Below, one piece after another: positions 59,349 to 64,000 of a stretch of 64,000 nt of DNA (the stretch's first letter is position 1; each line of letters begins with the position of its first letter). The notes beneath the pieces were generated by a model. That model did no database searches, was not told where the DNA came from, and saw nothing but the letters and a program-made list of their open reading frames with translations. The DNA comes from Candidatus Forterrea multitransposorum CG_2015-17_Forterrea_25_41 (GTDB lineage Archaea > Iainarchaeota > Iainarchaeia > Iainarchaeales > CSSED10-239): NCBI GenBank assembly GCA_009392915.1, contig CP045477.1, positions 1 through 64,000 of the forward strand, read 5' to 3'. The translations under genes and the position numbers were made by a program.

Positions 59349-60412
59349 AAATCAAATATTCTTTTTTGAAATTTCAATCCTTTTAAAATTTCTGATTTTT
59401 GCAAAATCCATTTAAGATTTAAATTTTCTTTAATATATTCAATTACTTGATTTAAATCTTCAAAAACAATTTCTTCTTTTTCTAAAGATTCTTTTATTGC
59501 TTCTCTTATAACCCAAACTCCTTTAGAATTATATTTTTCATCAATATCTCTAAGGACAATAACGCTTGCTTTTTTATTTATTTTTTTTAAATATTCTAAA
59601 ACAACTTCTCTTGCTGCATAGTATGCACCAGTTATTTGATTTGCATATTCTTTTTTAGGTGAATTTATTTCATAGTCCTGAGCAATTAAATTTCCATTAA
59701 CATACTCAAACATTTCAAAACTCCAAGAATACGGCATAAATATAACATAAAATGTGTTGTTATAAAAACTATATTTATGCATCTTAAATCTATCAATTGT
59801 TTGATTGTTTTCAACATCTTTAAAAAATTCTTTTCCTAAAATATCATCAATTGATGTTATTGACCATCTAGTAGGTACAAAAATCCTATTTTTTTTAAGA
59901 CCTAAAAGACCAATAGATAATAGTTGTTCAATCTTATATACATCATTTGTTTTATTATAATATTCAACAATTGCATCTTTTGCTTTTATTTGAGTATCTC
60001 CTGTAATTTTATCTACAGTTCTTGAAACTTTAATATTGTCTACTATTTTTATTTTTTCAAGTTCTAAAGCTTTATTATTTATTCCTGTTATTTTTTCATT
60101 AATGTTTATTTTTTTAATATTGTAATTAATTTCAACTTCAGTTTCTTTATCTGATTTTATTAAATTTTGAATTTCAATAATTTCATTTTTATTTTTAACA
60201 GCATCTATTTTAGAATAATTTTTAACTGCAAAAACTTGTTTTTGTCTATTTTTTTCAACTTCAGATATTTCACTTTTGATCCATTTTTCAGGAGTATTTG
60301 AAAAAGCTTCTTTTTTATCATTAAATATTCCTGGACCTATCATTAAGTTAGGATAATTGTTTTCATAAACTATGTTATATGGCTTTGAATAGGCTTGTTT
60401 TTTAATACTCAT
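59345..60412 (-). CDS. Hypothetical protein with C-terminal PIP-box-like motif
   Basis: 355 aa; C-terminus ...KFQKRIFDF. Confidence 0.3.
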   Translation of the reverse strand: MSIKKQAYSKPYNIVYENNYPNLMIGPGIFNDKKEAFSNTPEKWIKSEISEVEKNRQKQVFAVKNYSKIDAVKNKNEIIEIQNLIKSDKETEVEINYNIKKININEKITGINNKALELEKIKIVDNIKVSRTVDKITGDTQIKAKDAIVEYYNKTNDVYKIEQLLSIGLLGLKKNRIFVPTRWSITSIDDILGKEFFKDVENNQTIDRFKMHKYSFYNNTFYVIFMPYSWSFEMFEYVNGNLIAQDYEINSPKKEYANQITGAYYAAREVVLEYLKKINKKASVIVLRDIDEKYNSKGVWVIREAIKESLEKEEIVFEDLNQVIEYIKENLNLKWILQKSEILKGLKFQKRIFDF

Positions 60413-60573
60413 ACTATTTTTCTATTTTCTCTTCTTTTAACTATATATTATTTTAAGATAGGTTTATAAATTATTTTATAGATAATTAATATATTATATT
60501 TATCGTTTCGCCATAGAAACAAAATTATAAAGGATTTTATAAGACCTTTAAAAAAAAGGATAGTGATTAGTGT

Positions 60574-61053
60574 ATGTTTAAATTTTTAAGTTTATTTATT
60601 GATAAAAGCAAATCTCCTAAAATGTCAAGGAGAAATAATATTGCAATTTTTGTAGATGGTCCTAATATTTTAAGAAAAGAATTTAATGTTGATTTATCAA
60701 AAATAAGAAGATATTTACAAAAAGAAGGTGTTTTAAAAGTTGCAAGAGTATATCTTAATCAATATGCAACTGATAAGCTTATGGAAGCAGTTGTTAATTT
60801 AGGTTTTGAAACAATAATTACAGTTGGAGATGTTGATGTTGCAATGGCAGTTGATGCAACAGATATTGTTCACAATAAAGAAATAGATACTATTGTTTTT
60901 GTAACTAGAGATTCAGATTATCTTCCTGCAATTTTAAAAGCTAAAAAGCATGGAAAGAATACAATGGTTTTCTTAGTTGAAGAAGGTTCTGCAACAGCTC
61001 TTAAAAACACAGTTGATAAAGTTGTTTTCATGGACAAATTAAAATATGAATAG
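60574..61053 (+). CDS. NYN-domain (LabA-like, PIN-related) ribonuclease-family protein
   Basis: IAIFVDGPNILRK plus downstream acidic residues (VGDVDVAMAVDA, TRDSDY) typical of the NYN domain. Confidence 0.6.
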   Translation: MFKFLSLFIDKSKSPKMSRRNNIAIFVDGPNILRKEFNVDLSKIRRYLQKEGVLKVARVYLNQYATDKLMEAVVNLGFETIITVGDVDVAMAVDATDIVHNKEIDTIVFVTRDSDYLPAILKAKKHGKNTMVFLVEEGSATALKNTVDKVVFMDKLKYE

Positions 61054-61056
61054 ATT

Positions 61057-61551
61057 ATGAATTTACCAATATCAAAACCAATAGTTGAAAATGTTTTCTT
61101 AGATGTAATAGATCCAGTTAAATTGTTATCTGATCTTAATCAAAAGCAATTTACTGGCTTTATTTATCTTACTATTCATTCTTTGAATAATTTTGAAGAA
61201 AATATTTTATTGTTTTTAAAAGGTAATATTTCTGGTTCTATTTATTTAAATAATACTTATAATGTTGAAATTTTTGGAAAAGAAGCATTTGATTTTTCAA
61301 TTAATAATTTAGGTTATAATGATGGGACAATAAATATTTATGAATTGTCTGCAGAACAATTAAAATTAATATTAATTTTTAATGATAAAATAAAATATGA
61401 AACAAAAATTGATGAAAAATCACTCTCTAAATTAAGTTTTAAATACAATGAAGATTTATTTAGAGAAAGATTGAAAAATAAGATTTTAAATGTTAAATTA
61501 AGAGAAGAATTATTTGACAAATTTAAAATTAATGAGTTATTAAGGTTATAA
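61057..61551 (+). CDS. Hypothetical protein
   Basis: 164-aa ORF in an operon-like arrangement with the Roadblock and MinD genes. Confidence 0.25.
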   Translation: MNLPISKPIVENVFLDVIDPVKLLSDLNQKQFTGFIYLTIHSLNNFEENILLFLKGNISGSIYLNNTYNVEIFGKEAFDFSINNLGYNDGTINIYELSAEQLKLILIFNDKIKYETKIDEKSLSKLSFKYNEDLFRERLKNKILNVKLREELFDKFKINELLRL

Positions 61552-61554
61552 TTT

Positions 61555-61995
61555 ATGAAAAAAATATTATCTAGATTTCTAACAAGATTATCTACAAAAA
61601 TGTTAAATATTGATGATTTAAAAACTCCTAAAGAGTTAGAACCATTATTAGAGTATAGGCCAGTTAATTTATGTTCAAAAAACTTAGATGATTTTTTATT
61701 AAAATTAAGACATAAACATCTTGTAAATCATATAATTGTAACTGATCTTGAAGGAATAGTAATTGGTAGTACAGAAAAAGACTTAAGAGAGGGTTTTAAA
61801 AGTGCTGCAATGTATAATTATATTAATACAGAAATTAAAGAATTATCAATCATCTTAATTGAATCAAAAGGATGGAACATAATATTTAAATATAGTGACA
61901 ATGTATATTTTATTAAAGCAAATGATAGTCTTAGTAGAATAGAAGTAATGGCTATTGTAAATGATTTAGAAAATTATTTAAAAGTTATAAAGTGA
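61555..61995 (+). CDS. Roadblock/LC7-domain-like protein
   Basis: HLVNHIIVTDLEGIVIGST resembles the Roadblock/MglB fold signature; 146 aa. Confidence 0.35.
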   Translation: MKKILSRFLTRLSTKMLNIDDLKTPKELEPLLEYRPVNLCSKNLDDFLLKLRHKHLVNHIIVTDLEGIVIGSTEKDLREGFKSAAMYNYINTEIKELSIILIESKGWNIIFKYSDNVYFIKANDSLSRIEVMAIVNDLENYLKVIK

Positions 61996-62002
61996 AATTT
62001 AT

Positions 62003-62791
62003 ATGGGTGAAATATTAACAATTGCATCAGGAAAAGGCGGTGTTGGAAAAACAACACTAACAGCTAATTTAGGGATTGCTTTAAGTGATTTAGGTTTTAA
62101 AGTATTATTGATAGATGCAGATATTGCAATGTCAAATCTTAGTCTATTAATTGGTCTTGAAAATCCACCAATTACTTTACATGATATTTTATTAGGTTCT
62201 TCTTCAGCTCAAGATGCAGTTTATGATGGACCTAATGGAATTAAGATTATCCCTTCTGGACTTTCAATTTCTAATTATCAAAGAGTAGATGCTGAAAGAT
62301 TAATTTCTGTTGCAAAAAGTTTAATTTCAGATTTTGATTATATTTTAATTGATGCTCCTGCTGGTATTGATAAAAATGTTTTATCAGCAATTTCAGCTTC
62401 AACACAAGTTTTATTAATAACTGAACCAACATCTCCTTCTGTAGCAGATGTTTTTAAAGTTAAAATTGTTTGTGAAAGATTAAATCAAAAAGTTTTAGGA
62501 ATTGTTGTAAATAAAGTAAGTAGTACTAAGGGTGAAATTTCTGAAAAAGAAATTATGAAAATGCTTGAACTTCCAAGTTATGGAACTATACCTTACAGTG
62601 CAGACATTAGAGAGTCTTTCTTACTTAAAAAAATAAAACCTATCTTAATACATAATCCTAATAGTCCTTCTGCAAATTCTTTTAGATATATTGCAATAAG
62701 ATTATCAGGAAGAGAAGTTAAAGTTAAAGACGAAAAAAAGAAAAGTGGCTTTTTTAGTTTTTTAAAAAGATTATTTTCAAAAAAAAAATAA
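62003..62791 (+). CDS. minD: MinD/ParA-family ATPase (archaeal MinD-like)
   Basis: Deviant Walker A ASGKGGVGKTT, LLIDAD, IVVNKV motifs. Confidence 0.8.
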   Translation: MGEILTIASGKGGVGKTTLTANLGIALSDLGFKVLLIDADIAMSNLSLLIGLENPPITLHDILLGSSSAQDAVYDGPNGIKIIPSGLSISNYQRVDAERLISVAKSLISDFDYILIDAPAGIDKNVLSAISASTQVLLITEPTSPSVADVFKVKIVCERLNQKVLGIVVNKVSSTKGEISEKEIMKMLELPSYGTIPYSADIRESFLLKKIKPILIHNPNSPSANSFRYIAIRLSGREVKVKDEKKKSGFFSFLKRLFSKKK

Positions 62792-62802
62792 GGTGATTTA
62801 AA

Positions 62803-63033
62803 ATGAGTGATTCAAAAATAACAAGACCATTTGACATGTTAAATAATGCAATAAATAAGCAAGTTTTAATACAGTTAAAAGAAAATGTTCAAGTTAGAGG
62901 TAAATTAAAAGCATTTGATGTACATATGAATATAGTTATTGAAGATGCTGAAGAAATAATTGATGGAAAGATGAAAACTAAATATGTTGAAACTTTAGTT
63001 AGAGGAGATAATATAGTTTGGATAACTGTTTAA
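62803..63033 (+). CDS. Sm-like archaeal protein (LSm/SmAP)
   Basis: Sm1/Sm2 motifs (VLIQLKENVQVRGKLKAFDVHMNIVIEDAEE ... VRGDNIVWI); 76 aa. Confidence 0.75.
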   Translation: MSDSKITRPFDMLNNAINKQVLIQLKENVQVRGKLKAFDVHMNIVIEDAEEIIDGKMKTKYVETLVRGDNIVWITV

Positions 63034-63054
63034 AATTTAATTTTAAAATAAGAT

Positions 63055-63999
63055 GTGTGTTATATGATATTGGCTATATTTACTAAATTTATTGAAAATT
63101 TTAATAATAATGTTAAAGATAGCCTTTATGATATAATTCCTCTTAACTATATTTTTATTTTTGTAATTATAATATTTGTTTTAGTTGCAATTTTAGTTTT
63201 CTCAACACTAATTTTACCGTTATTTAAAAAGTCTTCAAAAAGACTTTATAAAAGATATCTTTTTTTAAGAGATGAAATGAAAAGAGTAGATACTCTTTAT
63301 TCTCAAAAAAAAATTATATTTGATGAATATGTATCTTTACAGTTTCAGAATGCACAAGAATATTATCAAATTGTAAAAATATTATCTTCAGATCCAAAAT
63401 TTAAATCTAAACTTCAAAGTTACACTCTTCAGGATAATTTATCAAACCCAAAACCTCCTTCAAGAAAACCTTTAACAAAAGAAGAAAAAGATTTACAACA
63501 AATTGAAAAATTAACTTCTGTTTTAAAACCAAGAGCTAGTGATTTTACAAAAGAAGATATATATAGTGTTTTGCTTTATGAAGGTTTTGAAGAAAATATT
63601 ATTCAAAGTGTATTAAAAGCTTTAGTCTCTCAGAATGTGACCTTTTCAAAAATATCTTCTACTGAAAATAAAAAAGATTTATCTTCTTTCTTAGATAATT
63701 TAATTAAAGGAAAAGAATCTGATCTTAAAAATCAAGGTGAAACTTCTCAATCAATTTCATTTGATAAAAATAAAGAGAATGATTTCTTTAAAGAAGATTT
63801 TAAAAGAAAAGAACTTAATTTTGATAATATTAAAGATGTTGATTATACTTTTAAGGTTGAACCTGAAAAGAAAGAAAAAGTTGGTTTCTTTAAAAGACTA
63901 TTTGGAAAAAAGAAAAAACCACCTGTTAAAGCATCTATAACAGAAGTTGACAGTATCTTAAAGAATATTGAAAATGAATTAAAGACTAAAGAAATTTAA
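63055..63999 (+). CDS. Membrane-anchored hypothetical protein
   Basis: One N-terminal TM helix; lysine-rich helical remainder. Confidence 0.3.
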   Translation: MCYMILAIFTKFIENFNNNVKDSLYDIIPLNYIFIFVIIIFVLVAILVFSTLILPLFKKSSKRLYKRYLFLRDEMKRVDTLYSQKKIIFDEYVSLQFQNAQEYYQIVKILSSDPKFKSKLQSYTLQDNLSNPKPPSRKPLTKEEKDLQQIEKLTSVLKPRASDFTKEDIYSVLLYEGFEENIIQSVLKALVSQNVTFSKISSTENKKDLSSFLDNLIKGKESDLKNQGETSQSISFDKNKENDFFKEDFKRKELNFDNIKDVDYTFKVEPEKKEKVGFFKRLFGKKKKPPVKASITEVDSILKNIENELKTKEI

Positions 64000-64000
64000 T

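Overview
This is an AT-rich (~25% GC), gene-dense archaeal window. By gene content and compactness it most likely comes from a small-genome DPANN-type archaeon; that attribution is inference only. Most of it is core housekeeping: Orc1/Cdc6, PCNA, PriS primase, aIF2-alpha, aRF1, TruD, a Hel308-like helicase, proteasome beta subunit, aCPSF1, CCA-adding enzyme, TrpRS, the L21e-RpoF-DUF655-KsgA cluster, TBP, 5S rRNA, AglB/STT3, MinD and an Sm protein. There are three clustered tRNA-Ser genes (anticodons UGA, GGA, CGA) interleaved with a CsaA/Trbp111-type tRNA-binding protein. The main find is an accessory island at about 23.4-30.8 kb. It holds an orphan UPF0175 gene, an IS5-like insertion sequence with 17-bp terminal inverted repeats, and a complete diversity-generating retroelement (DGR), followed by a COG1373 AAA ATPase gene flanked by 99-bp direct repeats and a HicB/HicA toxin-antitoxin pair. 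The DGR target is a type-IV-pilin-like surface protein with a C-terminal FGE/C-type-lectin-fold variable region; downstream lie an Avd-like four-helix-bundle protein, a ~121-bp GC-rich template repeat and a DGR-type reverse transcriptase. Twelve of the thirteen VR/TR mismatches fall at template adenines, and the template is full of AAC/AAT codons. Other notable items: a single 960-aa ORF fusing a flavodiiron protein to the gamma and alpha subunits of 2-oxoacid:ferredoxin oxidoreductase; a 434-aa LAGLIDADG intein inserted exactly in the GGQ motif of aRF1; a 1003-aa HerA/FtsK-like ATPase with an acidic SEDNN tandem-repeat N-terminus; and several proteins sharing a conserved class-III (archaeal pilin) signal-peptide module. 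No CRISPR array was found.
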